This document shows, in pieces, positions 49,648 through 59,093 of a stretch of 64,000 bases of DNA (within the stretch, counting starts at the first letter, position 1; each line of letters opens with the position of its first letter). Made by a program: the position numbers and the translations under genes. The DNA is from an uncultured virus (IMG/VR IMGVR_UViG_3300046387_001330). Its lineage: Duplodnaviria > Heunggongvirae > Uroviricota > Caudoviricetes. Where the stretch lies: IMG/VR virus record IMGVR_UViG_3300046387_001330; one strand, written 5' to 3'. Below the pieces are notes generated by a model. It had not been told where the DNA came from. It ran no database searches and worked only from the letters and a program-made list of their open reading frames with translations.

Positions 49648-50397
49648 ATGAAACTATCATTTCTGACAAGTTGCATGGATCGTTTGCATCATTTGGATTT
49701 GACATACTTAAGAAATATGAAAAAAAGTATGCCAATGGGTTCAAGTAAAATAGATGTAGAATTTGTATTGTTAAATTATAACTCAAAAGATAAAATTGAT
49801 GATTGGGTTTCTGCTAATAAAAAAAAATTTGAAAAAAATGTAGAGTTTAGATACATCAAAACAACAAAACCTAAGTTTTTCGATATGTCTGTCGTGAAAA
49901 ATATTCTAGGAAAAAATGCTACGGGAACTCATCTTTGCTGGTTAGATGCAGATAATCTTACAGAAAATGGTTTTGTTGATTTTGTATATTCCAATTTTAA
50001 ATTACATCCTAATTGTATATTGAATGTTCCTTATTCAGATGATACAAAGGGATTCGGAGGTAGGATAGTTTGTAGTAAACACCATTTTCTAAAGGTAAAT
50101 GGATATGATGAATCATTTGTAGGTTGGGGTTACGAAGAAATTGATTTTGTAAATAGACTTTGTAAAACAGGATGCAAAAAAATATCAATACCAAAAAAGT
50201 ATCTTGGTAAACTTGAACACGGTGAAGATGAAAGAGTTTCCAATTATGATCCAAAGTTTGTGAGTAAAATAACTCCTACTCATAAAAATTCTCATATGAA
50301 ATATAAATCTAATTTAAGTAATTTTATGAGAAGTACTTTAAATATTAAAAAAAATAAACTCATTGCAAATGAAAGTATACCTTGGGGTGTATTATAA
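49648..50397 (+). CDS. GT2/GT7-like glycosyltransferase
   Basis: SCMDRLHHL, KN, WLDADN, NGYDE.F.GWGYEE.D. Start ATG 49648. Confidence 0.78.
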   Translation: MKLSFLTSCMDRLHHLDLTYLRNMKKSMPMGSSKIDVEFVLLNYNSKDKIDDWVSANKKKFEKNVEFRYIKTTKPKFFDMSVVKNILGKNATGTHLCWLDADNLTENGFVDFVYSNFKLHPNCILNVPYSDDTKGFGGRIVCSKHHFLKVNGYDESFVGWGYEEIDFVNRLCKTGCKKISIPKKYLGKLEHGEDERVSNYDPKFVSKITPTHKNSHMKYKSNLSNFMRSTLNIKKNKLIANESIPWGVL

Positions 50398-50434
50398 ATT
50401 ATAAAAACTAATATTTAAGATATTTATTATAATA

Positions 50435-50971
50435 ATGGGAGCATCTTCAAAAGATAAAGGAAATGCGTGGGAACTCGAAGTTGCAAAGTTTCTTGAAGAA
50501 ATTTTTGAGGGTAAATTCAGTCGTGTTCCAAGATCAGGTGCTATGTTCGGTGGTGAAAACGCAGAGAATGCAGACGGAGAAAGATCAGATGTTGTTGAAA
50601 TACTTACTGGTGATATAATAACACCTAAAGATTTTCCTTTTACAATAGAAGCAAAGCATTATGAAGACTTTAAATTTTCTCATTTATTGCATGGAGAAAA
50701 TAAATTACTTGATGGTTGGATTGAGTCGGCTGAATCAGACGCAAAATTAGCAAAAAGACTTCCTATGATAATGTGTAAATTTAGTTACATTGGTAGTTAT
50801 GTCGTTTTTGATTACAAAATTATTAAAACTGATGATGGTATTTGCCCAAGTACTTATTTTGAAAATCACTTAATATATAAACGAAAATGGATGATGATTT
50901 CATTCAGTGAATTTGTTAATTCTAAGAATGTAATTGTTGACATGGCAAGAATTCGTCTTAGGAATGTGTAA
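50435..50971 (+). CDS. Phage Holliday-junction resolvase-like PD-(D/E)XK nuclease
   Basis: SKDKGNAWELEVAKFL, RVPRSGA, GDII, FTIEAKHY. Confidence 0.8.
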   Translation: MGASSKDKGNAWELEVAKFLEEIFEGKFSRVPRSGAMFGGENAENADGERSDVVEILTGDIITPKDFPFTIEAKHYEDFKFSHLLHGENKLLDGWIESAESDAKLAKRLPMIMCKFSYIGSYVVFDYKIIKTDDGICPSTYFENHLIYKRKWMMISFSEFVNSKNVIVDMARIRLRNV

Positions 50972-51096
50972 TGAAGGAAAAACTTTTTTTGTTATTTTTG
51001 TATTGGCATATGTTTTTAGGAACACTAATAATATTAGGATTATTTAGTAATATCATTTACGTTTCAATTTGTAAATTTTTAGAATGGATAAAGTAA
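50971..51096 (+). CDS. Small hydrophobic membrane protein (41 aa; not in ORF track)
   Basis: MKEKLFLLFLYWHMFLGTLIILGLFSNIIYVSICKFLEWIK*; TAATG overlap with the resolvase stop. Confidence 0.55.
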   Translation: MKEKLFLLFLYWHMFLGTLIILGLFSNIIYVSICKFLEWIK

Positions 51097-51224
51097 AAAT
51101 TTTTGCGAAATACCTTGGTTACGGTTTAATTGTATCAATCGTTGGTTTTTTAATGTGGTACATGATTTCGTATATAATATTAGCAGTTCGTTTGTCTGAT
51201 TTTTTTTTAAAATACTTGATATAA
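51084..51224 (+). CDS. Small hydrophobic membrane protein (46 aa; not in ORF track)
   Basis: MDKVKIFAKYLGYGLIVSIVGFLMWYMISYIILAVRLSDFFLKYLI*; overlaps the previous ORF by 13 nt. Confidence 0.55.
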   Translation: MDKVKIFAKYLGYGLIVSIVGFLMWYMISYIILAVRLSDFFLKYLI

Positions 51225-51264
51225 TAAAATTATAAAAACTCGTATATACAATAGTTATTATAAT

Positions 51265-51741
51265 ATGAAGAAAGTACTATTTATCGGAAGTGGAGATATG
51301 TACCGTAGTAAATTTGCGGAAGCATATTTTAATAATATTGGCAAACTTGAGTGTTTATTTATGCTCAACACACACGGAATGGGTAGATACCCGAGTTCTC
51401 GTTATCCTAATGCCGTTAGCACGAATGTTGATATATCCGATTCATGTGAACTAAATAAATTTTCAGAGGAAGTATGTAATGGATATTTGTTGTACGGAAA
51501 CGATTGTTATACAAAAGAACATTCTTCTATATCAGACGATGATTTCAAATATTGCGACAAAATTATTGTTGTAAGTGAAAAAGAGCAAAAAGAATTTTTA
51601 GAAGATAACTATAAAAAATATATTGATAAAATGGTTTTTTGGAATATTAAACCAGTCAAGGGTGATACAAAAGTAAAACAAAAGGTGGTAAATAAAATTA
51701 AAAAGAAGGTCAAAGAGTTGTATATGGAACTTAAAAAATAA
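51265..51741 (+). CDS. LMW protein-tyrosine phosphatase/ArsC-fold protein with degenerate active site
   Basis: KVLFIGSGDMYRSKFAEAYF aligns to VLFVC.GN.CRS.MAE but has Gly for the nucleophilic Cys; also DKIIVVS. Confidence 0.65.
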   Translation: MKKVLFIGSGDMYRSKFAEAYFNNIGKLECLFMLNTHGMGRYPSSRYPNAVSTNVDISDSCELNKFSEEVCNGYLLYGNDCYTKEHSSISDDDFKYCDKIIVVSEKEQKEFLEDNYKKYIDKMVFWNIKPVKGDTKVKQKVVNKIKKKVKELYMELKK

Positions 51742-51765
51742 TTTTTTTATTACTTATAATAAGAG

Positions 51766-52203
51766 ATGGTGATTGAAAAGGAGAGAATAAGCATCCGTGC
51801 GTATGATAACCAGGATGCAAACGAGAGAATAGTAATAAACTATTCTTCTGTTACTTATGAAAATGCTTATAGTCAATGGAGTGCTGTAAGTAAATTTTTT
51901 GTTTTTTGCAAAGATTCACACTTTTACATAAATGTAGATTCGTGTGAAATAGAATCAGAGATAGGAAGTGTACTAAGTACAATAGAAACTAGAAATTATT
52001 TAGTACAAAAAATAGGAAGAGTGGGTCAACGAGAAATACTTTTTTCAGCAAAATTTAAAAATAAATTTAAAATGCTGTTTGAAGATAGACTAAAAAGTTT
52101 AAGAATCATAGAAAATGACTATGAAATGGAAAAAGTGAAAGGATCACTTTTTAAAAGAAATCATGTAATACTGGATTATTTGGAGTATATAGAAAAAATT
52201 TAA
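51766..52203 (+). CDS. Hypothetical protein
   Basis: Fills the gap on the coding strand; preceded by a TACTTAT motif. Confidence 0.65.
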   Translation: MVIEKERISIRAYDNQDANERIVINYSSVTYENAYSQWSAVSKFFVFCKDSHFYINVDSCEIESEIGSVLSTIETRNYLVQKIGRVGQREILFSAKFKNKFKMLFEDRLKSLRIIENDYEMEKVKGSLFKRNHVILDYLEYIEKI

Positions 52204-52225
52204 TCTAACCTGGAGATAATAAAAA

Positions 52226-55200
52226 ATGGCAGATGGTAAAAAAATCAGTGAATTAACAAAACTCAGCAATCTTGCAGATGCTGATGAATTTGTTGTAGTA
52301 AATAAGGATGTAACAAGTGGTGATGAGTCTGGAATTGGTGGTCAGACAAGCAGAATTACTTTTTCAGACCTTAAAAGTGAAATTGGAACTCAAGGACCAC
52401 AAGGTCCTGCGGGTGGAGACGGAGCATCCGGTAAAAGTGCTTATGATCTATGGATTGAAGCAGGAAATACAGGATCAATTGCTCAGTTTTTAGAATCTTT
52501 AAAGGGATCGGACGGATCGGACGGAGCAGTTGGACCATCAGGACCAACTGGACCTAAAGGTGAAACAGGAGACTCTGCGTTCACCGTGACAAGTAGTGGT
52601 CAACTTTCTTTAGGAGATAATAAAGTAGGTATCGGTACAGATGATGCTCAAGCAACATTGCACATCAAAGATTCACGTCCTACATTAAGATTAACAGATG
52701 GTGCATCACCTGGAGTTGCAGATTATGAAATTGCAAATGACGATGATATTCTTTTTATTCGTTCAATTCCTGGTGAAAATATTTTAGTTATTGATAATAA
52801 AAATGTAGGTATAGGTGCTACTCCAAGTGCAGGTAGACTTCATGTAATTGGTGGAAATTCACCAACGGAAGGTTTTACTTTAGGTGGTAGAAAAGATGAT
52901 GGTGAAGAGTTAACTACCATAAGATTTTTTCATGACGATACCGATCATGCACACATATCACGTGGTTTAAAAAAGACATTATCTTTAAGTAACGACGGTA
53001 AGGTAGGAATCGGCGTAGACGAACCTAGTAGTTTGCTTCATGTAAAAAGTACAACATCTTCTGCCACAATTAAAGTTGAAGCAACCAGAGAAAGTGGTTC
53101 AGATGAAGCATGGTTGCAACTACAAACTCAATCAAGTAATTATGGTATATATGCGAATGATCTTTCAGACCAGTTAGGAATTCGCAATCATAAAACCGGT
53201 AAGTATCCAATGGTTGTAAATGCTTCAAACAATGTTACATTTGATGGTATTGTTAGTGCTGACGGATTTTCGGTAAACGGAAAAGAACTTACAAGTTCTG
53301 ATTTAAGAGGTCCAGCAGGACCCGCAGGACCTGCTGGTAAAGACGGAACGAATGGAACAGATGGTGCAGTGGGTAGTTCAAATGCACATCTCGGTCTAAT
53401 TCATGATAGTACAATTACTTTGAATGATTCAGAAAATCAAGTATTCAAGAAAACTGGATCAAATGGATGGAACGCATCAGTTCGTTCTTCTATTGGATAT
53501 AATTCTGGATGTTCTTTGAGTTTTACTGCTAATATTAACAATAGAGCAGGAATGATTGGTATCAATACCGATCCAACAACAAACAATAATTACAATACAA
53601 TTGATTTTGCATGGTATATGACTGGTAGTGGAGCCGCATACATTTATGAAAATGGTGCAAGCAAAGGATCATTCGGTGCATTTTCAGTGGGAGCTATTTT
53701 TGTAATTACATACGATAATAATACCGTAAGATATTATTTGAATGGAACACTTAAACGTTCAGTTACCATAGGAGCAGGAAAAACTTATTATTTAGATTCA
53801 AGTTTTCATACTGTAGATTCTCGTCCATACACAAGAACTCTTTCTTTTCATCCTATGGGTGCAGTTGGTACAAAAGGTGATAAAGGTGATAAAGGTAGCA
53901 CCGGTGCCCGTGGAGCTCAAGGTGTAGCAGGACCTTCGGGACCAGTTGGTATTCAAGGACCAGCAGGACCAAGTGGACAACCAGTATCGGTAACATCACC
54001 TGAAGTACGATGGGATGCTTCTTCTTGGTCAACGGGTGGAACACTTAATCCAATTATAGGTGACAAACCACTTTATCTTGGTGGAGAAGATACCGATTTC
54101 GGTAAAGATTCTACAATTGTTTTAGACGGATCACGTGGTAAAGTATTTAACTTTCCAGCAAGAGGTGATCGTAGAAGTGGTGGAAACTATATTCAAGCAG
54201 GTGATGTTTATGATAACATTTTTATGAGTGGTTCATTTACTATATCTTTCTGGGTACGAGTAAGAAAATATGAAACAACTACTGGTTCTAGTTCTGCCGG
54301 AAGATACGGAGCAATAATGTCCAAATGGTATACTGCACATCGCAATGGTACAAACAATTCATTTATTATTTACTCAAATGGAACATTTTATAGTTCTTAC
54401 TCTGCAACAACGAGTGTTACAAGTACTGCAAATTATCCAAAATTAAATGAATGGTGTCATTTGTCGTATGTTTGCAACAACGGAACAATGACGGTTTACA
54501 GAAATGGTAAAGAAGTACCAACTAAGTTTACAAAATGGTCAGGGGCTGCGAATCAATCAAACAAGCACTTGTTTCTTAATTCAAATCAACGACTTGAAGT
54601 TGGATCAATTCGTAACAATGGATCATATTCACTTGATGGTATGGTTGATGATATTCGCATTTTTGACAAACCTTTGAGTTCAGGAGAAGTTTGGTTCACT
54701 TACAATGGAGTAGGTGGAGGTGGACTTGTTGGACCACAAGGACCAACAGGAGCAAAAGGATCAACAGGTTCTGCTGGACAACGAGGACCAGCAGGTCCTA
54801 CTGGACCAAGAGGTTTGCAAGGAGTACGAGGTGCAAACGGAAATGTTGGTGCTCCTGGTCCTAGAGGACCAAAAGGTGATACGGGTGCAAAAGGTGCTGA
54901 CGGAGTTAGTGCAACAGAGAATTATGCATCAAATAAACGTTGGGAAGTCGCAAAAAATAAAAGTTCTTTTTTGGATGAGGGAACAGGAGGTTCATTTAAT
55001 GTAAATGGTACGAGTGCTGAGAATTATGTTGATTGGGAAATTGGTCCATTTGGTCGCAGAACAAAAGTTTGGAAAGCAAGAAACAATGACACAGCTTCAA
55101 ATGCAGATGGTGGTTGGAATAAAACTATCACTAATCTTAAAAAGAACGCCGCATATATGTCGGTTGTTTATGTTCGTCGTACAAGTAGCAATACAAGTGG

Positions 55201-57199
55201 TTATTTTTATCATGGATGTGCTCAAGGTACGCATACTTTGAATCTAAGTGGTTCAACAAATCGTAATCCATATTTTAAACATTTCGTCATTTCAAATCTT
55301 CCATTGAATGTTTGGTGTTTGTCTGTTGGGTATATTCATGCAAATAATGATCCAGATAAATCTTCGTATGGAGGTGGTTTGTATAGAATCGATAATGGTA
55401 AAAAAATTATGTCATATACTGACTATAAAATGGGAACCAGTGGTACACAAACACATCGTACTTATTTGTATTACTCTACAAGTCCTGCGGCTGCTCTTGA
55501 TTGGACATTACCTGGATTCTATGAAGTATGTAGTGACTCACCAACATTAGGACAACTTCTTGGTGGAGGTGGAGTATTAGGTGGAGGAGAAAAAGGACCA
55601 CAAGGACCTGCCGGATCAAGAGGACCTGCGGGACCTGCTGGACCAATGCCTAATATCGGTGAACTTCAAAATCACCAATTTGGTGTTCTTAAAACAAATC
55701 GTTTAGACATGAGTGGTGATATTGAAATGGATAGAAATGGTCAAACTTCTCGTACAATTAAATTCAATAGTACCTGTAATATAAATTCAAGTTCCTCAAA
55801 TAATATGCACTATCGTTCTGCTGGTGGTAAGCACCACTTTACAAACGGAAGCAATGGTGCGGGAACAATTGTTGTTGACAGATTAGAAGCAAATAAACTT
55901 GATTTATCTGCAATTTCATTAAGTGGAACTACAAGTACATTCAAGGGAACATCAAATTGGGCAAATGTTACAATTGATGGTATGGGAGTCAAAGCATGGA
56001 GAGGTAATGGTTTTTATGTTCATCGTGGTGATAATGCAATGTATTGTTCTTGGACAATGGATGGTCTTGGATCAACACGTTTTGATTCACATTATCACAA
56101 AGGAAGAGCAAAAGCACCATACAATACTTGGCAGAAGTTTATATTCAATAATCGTTTAATGTTGGATACGAACCAAAATCCATTTGGATTACATTCAACA
56201 ATTCGTACACATCGTGAAAATACCGATCCTCAACCTAATACATTGCACATTCTTTCAAATCATGGTGATTTGCTTCTTGAAGCAAATAACATTCGTAAAG
56301 GTACAAATCAGAATGCAACCGTAGGTGGTCATGGAAGTGTGATATTCAGAGCACACGGAGTTCCTGTGATAGGTCATGTTGTAGATACAACGAATAGTAA
56401 TTCTACTATTTACAAAAGACAACGTGGTGATTATGTTTATGGTGGAACGACTGGTGCGAATGCGTATAATCGTTACCGTCAAAAACACTTCCAAGGAAAT
56501 GCACGTTCCGGTGTAAGTATGAAACTTATTGGAGGTGCGTTGATTCCAACATACGGAGTTGTTGACCTTGGTGCTCCAGTTCATGCTCATCGTTTTGATA
56601 CATTGTGGTGTCGTAATGCTCCTGATGTTTATTCTGATAAACGAGCAAAAACAAAAATTGAAACAAGTGATCTCGGACTTGACTTCATTAATAAATTGAA
56701 ACCTGTAAGTTACAAATATAAGGATGTTAAAATTCTTACTGATAAACTTAAAAATCTTGATGGAGACGAAGAAAACGAAGATAGAGAAAACGATGAATTG
56801 GAAATTACCAAAGAGACTCACGGAAGAACTCACTACGGAATGATTGCACAAGATGTTGAAGAAGTTCTTAAAGGAAAAGACTTTGGTGGTTTTGTTGATC
56901 CAAATTATGCATTGGATGATGAAGACGAAGGTAAAGGTGAACTTCACATGAGTCTTCGTTACGAAGAGTTCATTTCACCTATGATCAAAGCAATTCAAGA
57001 AGTTGATGACAAAATTGAAGACCTTGAGAAGTACAAAAAATTCAGTGCAGGACGTGTTTCTAAATTAGAGTCTAAGCACGAAACTCGTAACAAAAATTCT
57101 AATAAGGAAATCAAAGAGATTAAGGATTCTCAGAAGAAGATATTAGATGCTATAAGTGAAATTACAAAAAGGTTAGACAAAATAGAAAAGTCTAAGTAA
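52226..57199 (+). CDS. Tail fibre / virion fibre with collagen-like segments, LamG-like domain and C-terminal peptidase S74 chaperone
   Basis: MADGKKISEL N-terminus; six Gly-X-Y runs; VGIGT repeats; FTISFWV...WCHL...DDIRIFDKPLS (LamG); SDKRAK...LKPVSY...GMIAQDVE...YEEFISPMIKAIQE (S74). GGAG RBS. Confidence 0.88.
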   Translation: MADGKKISELTKLSNLADADEFVVVNKDVTSGDESGIGGQTSRITFSDLKSEIGTQGPQGPAGGDGASGKSAYDLWIEAGNTGSIAQFLESLKGSDGSDGAVGPSGPTGPKGETGDSAFTVTSSGQLSLGDNKVGIGTDDAQATLHIKDSRPTLRLTDGASPGVADYEIANDDDILFIRSIPGENILVIDNKNVGIGATPSAGRLHVIGGNSPTEGFTLGGRKDDGEELTTIRFFHDDTDHAHISRGLKKTLSLSNDGKVGIGVDEPSSLLHVKSTTSSATIKVEATRESGSDEAWLQLQTQSSNYGIYANDLSDQLGIRNHKTGKYPMVVNASNNVTFDGIVSADGFSVNGKELTSSDLRGPAGPAGPAGKDGTNGTDGAVGSSNAHLGLIHDSTITLNDSENQVFKKTGSNGWNASVRSSIGYNSGCSLSFTANINNRAGMIGINTDPTTNNNYNTIDFAWYMTGSGAAYIYENGASKGSFGAFSVGAIFVITYDNNTVRYYLNGTLKRSVTIGAGKTYYLDSSFHTVDSRPYTRTLSFHPMGAVGTKGDKGDKGSTGARGAQGVAGPSGPVGIQGPAGPSGQPVSVTSPEVRWDASSWSTGGTLNPIIGDKPLYLGGEDTDFGKDSTIVLDGSRGKVFNFPARGDRRSGGNYIQAGDVYDNIFMSGSFTISFWVRVRKYETTTGSSSAGRYGAIMSKWYTAHRNGTNNSFIIYSNGTFYSSYSATTSVTSTANYPKLNEWCHLSYVCNNGTMTVYRNGKEVPTKFTKWSGAANQSNKHLFLNSNQRLEVGSIRNNGSYSLDGMVDDIRIFDKPLSSGEVWFTYNGVGGGGLVGPQGPTGAKGSTGSAGQRGPAGPTGPRGLQGVRGANGNVGAPGPRGPKGDTGAKGADGVSATENYASNKRWEVAKNKSSFLDEGTGGSFNVNGTSAENYVDWEIGPFGRRTKVWKARNNDTASNADGGWNKTITNLKKNAAYMSVVYVRRTSSNTSGYFYHGCAQGTHTLNLSGSTNRNPYFKHFVISNLPLNVWCLSVGYIHANNDPDKSSYGGGLYRIDNGKKIMSYTDYKMGTSGTQTHRTYLYYSTSPAAALDWTLPGFYEVCSDSPTLGQLLGGGGVLGGGEKGPQGPAGSRGPAGPAGPMPNIGELQNHQFGVLKTNRLDMSGDIEMDRNGQTSRTIKFNSTCNINSSSSNNMHYRSAGGKHHFTNGSNGAGTIVVDRLEANKLDLSAISLSGTTSTFKGTSNWANVTIDGMGVKAWRGNGFYVHRGDNAMYCSWTMDGLGSTRFDSHYHKGRAKAPYNTWQKFIFNNRLMLDTNQNPFGLHSTIRTHRENTDPQPNTLHILSNHGDLLLEANNIRKGTNQNATVGGHGSVIFRAHGVPVIGHVVDTTNSNSTIYKRQRGDYVYGGTTGANAYNRYRQKHFQGNARSGVSMKLIGGALIPTYGVVDLGAPVHAHRFDTLWCRNAPDVYSDKRAKTKIETSDLGLDFINKLKPVSYKYKDVKILTDKLKNLDGDEENEDRENDELEITKETHGRTHYGMIAQDVEEVLKGKDFGGFVDPNYALDDEDEGKGELHMSLRYEEFISPMIKAIQEVDDKIEDLEKYKKFSAGRVSKLESKHETRNKNSNKEIKEIKDSQKKILDAISEITKRLDKIEKSK

Positions 57200-57212
57200 T
57201 AGATTAAAGTTT

Positions 57213-57246
57213 GGGGTGGGGAACTTAAAAATCCCCACCCCTTTTT
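57213..57246 (+). terminator. Rho-independent terminator
   Basis: Perfect 10-bp stem ggggtgggga / tccccacccc, 9-nt loop, then T5, just after the fibre stop. Confidence 0.85.
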
Positions 57247-57261
57247 ATAAAGAGAACAAAA

Positions 57262-58497
57262 ATGGAATACGAAACAAAACTTCCCGAATACAATAAAAAC
57301 GAAGAACTCGGATCACTCAGTCAAAGAATTGATTGGGGATTAAGACAACTTAATGTTCCTTCTACTTGGAGTGTAACTAAAGGTGACGGAATTACTGCAA
57401 TGGTAATTGACACAGGGCATCCTGTGCATCCTGATATAGGAGATAATGCAATTAAAGGAAAGAACTGCATTTCCGGTGAACCAATAGAAGATGAAAATGG
57501 ACACCAACTTCATTGCACAGGTATTATTAATGCAAAAGACAATCAAACTGGTATGGTAGGAGTTGCACCTGAAGCAAAATGTATTTCAGTAAAAGCATTA
57601 GCAAAAAACGGAAGTGGAACTTATTACGGATTAGCAGAAGCATTAGATTATGCAATTGAAATGAAACCTGATGTGGTAAGCATGAGTTTAGGAGGACCTG
57701 CTCCGTCATCAGTTTTGCACGACAGAATCAAAACATTATATGAAATGAATATACCTGTTGTGTGTGCGGCTGGAAACTCAGGAGACGGAGGAGTTAATTA
57801 TCCGGCTGCATTTGACGAAACAATTGCAGTTGCGGCTTATGATCGTTGGGGAAAAATTGCTAACTTTTCTTCTAAAGGAGAAAAAGTAGAATGGGCTGCA
57901 CCTGGTGTAAACATTTATAGTACCTTTCTTAACAACGGATATGCAAGTTTAAGTGGAACATCAATGGCTTGTCCATTTATTACAGGTGTTATTTGTTTGA
58001 TGCTTGCAAAACATAAAAAACAAGAAGCAGAAACAGGTAAGAATGATTGCAAAACGGTTGCACAAATACGAGAGCATTTATTAAAATACACAAAAGATAA
58101 AGGTGAAGTAGGAAAAGACAACTCTTGGGGATATGGTGTAATAGATGTGGAAAAGATGATTAAAGACGGAGAGGAAGTATCAGAACCTACTCCAACACCA
58201 ACAAATACTGCAACTAATACACCCACCAAAACACCAACACCTACTAATACCAAAACTCCAACCAAAACTCATACCAAAACACAAACTCCGACAAATACTC
58301 CTGATAAAGTAAAACCAAAACCAAAAAAGAATAAACTACCTTTGATTATTGGTGGAGTAGTTGTGGTGATTGGGATTATTGGAGCAGTAATTTATTTTGC
58401 GACAAAACAAGATGAAGTAATTATTCCGAATCCTCCATATATAAATGAACATGGAGAAATTGATTGGGATAAAAAATATGAACAGGAAATAAAATAA
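57262..58497 (+). CDS. Subtilisin-like S8 serine protease with Thr/Pro linker and C-terminal transmembrane helix
   Basis: VIDTG, NGHQLHC.G, AAGN, SGTSMACP; PTPTPTNT... linker; LPLIIGGVVVVIGIIGAVIYFA helix. Confidence 0.9.
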   Translation: MEYETKLPEYNKNEELGSLSQRIDWGLRQLNVPSTWSVTKGDGITAMVIDTGHPVHPDIGDNAIKGKNCISGEPIEDENGHQLHCTGIINAKDNQTGMVGVAPEAKCISVKALAKNGSGTYYGLAEALDYAIEMKPDVVSMSLGGPAPSSVLHDRIKTLYEMNIPVVCAAGNSGDGGVNYPAAFDETIAVAAYDRWGKIANFSSKGEKVEWAAPGVNIYSTFLNNGYASLSGTSMACPFITGVICLMLAKHKKQEAETGKNDCKTVAQIREHLLKYTKDKGEVGKDNSWGYGVIDVEKMIKDGEEVSEPTPTPTNTATNTPTKTPTPTNTKTPTKTHTKTQTPTNTPDKVKPKPKKNKLPLIIGGVVVVIGIIGAVIYFATKQDEVIIPNPPYINEHGEIDWDKKYEQEIK

Positions 58498-59093
58498 TGG
58501 CAGAGGACATCAACAAACGAGTAGAAGCATTTGAGGCCGCACTTGATTTACTTGAACAACAAGTAGATTGGCAAAAAGATCATTTTCAAGAATTGTTTGA
58601 AGCAGATGAAAAGAAAAATACCGAAATTCATATCAAGTATGCAGAATTATCATCAGTTGTTGAACTAATTAAAGAACAATTAAAGTGGCAAAAAGACTTT
58701 GTGAATAATTTCGTAAAACAAGATACTTCTCTTGATAAAAAAATGGCAGACCGTGTAAATGAAATGTCACGATTAGTAGGATTGATGGCAGACAAACTTG
58801 ATTTACAAAAAGATAAATTAGATTCATATATAAAAACTGGTGCTACTAAAAATAATAGCATGACGGATCGTTTGGGTAGTTTGAAAGACGACATTACAAA
58901 ATTAAAGTCTGTCAAGGATATTGATGCAAAAAAAGAAATTACTGACGTAAAAGGTTCGGTTCGTAAAATGAAAAATGTAAATAAATTTCACGGAGATTAC
59001 ATAAAAAAACTTGAACGTAAAATAGAAAATAAACAAAACGCAATTAAAAAACGATTTAAGAAAATAGAGAATAAAATAGATGAATCAAACTAA
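58497..59093 (+). CDS. Coiled-coil protein with three 39-aa repeats
   Basis: QKD recurs at residues 26, 65 and 104; helical, charged composition. Confidence 0.7.
   Translation: MAEDINKRVEAFEAALDLLEQQVDWQKDHFQELFEADEKKNTEIHIKYAELSSVVELIKEQLKWQKDFVNNFVKQDTSLDKKMADRVNEMSRLVGLMADKLDLQKDKLDSYIKTGATKNNSMTDRLGSLKDDITKLKSVKDIDAKKEITDVKGSVRKMKNVNKFHGDYIKKLERKIENKQNAIKKRFKKIENKIDESN

Noticed and set aside
1..50397. Ordinary bacterial capsule/LPS locus or eukaryotic giant-virus origin
   Set aside because: The lack of export or polymerase genes and the phage hallmark genes argue against a cellular locus. Operon-style overlaps, GGAG sites, a Rho-independent terminator and an S74 fibre argue against an NCLDV. 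Neither is formally excluded without capsid/terminase genes.
44190..51288. GGA recoded as Cys, because both missing catalytic cysteines (QueF-like, PTP-like) are GGA codons
   Set aside because: GGA encodes conserved glycines in metK, rfbA and the collagen repeats; the match is most likely coincidence.
56255..56947. 230-aa minus-strand ORF and the other minus-strand ORFs in the track
   Set aside because: They lie antisense to well-supported + strand genes and show no motifs; they are shadow ORFs.
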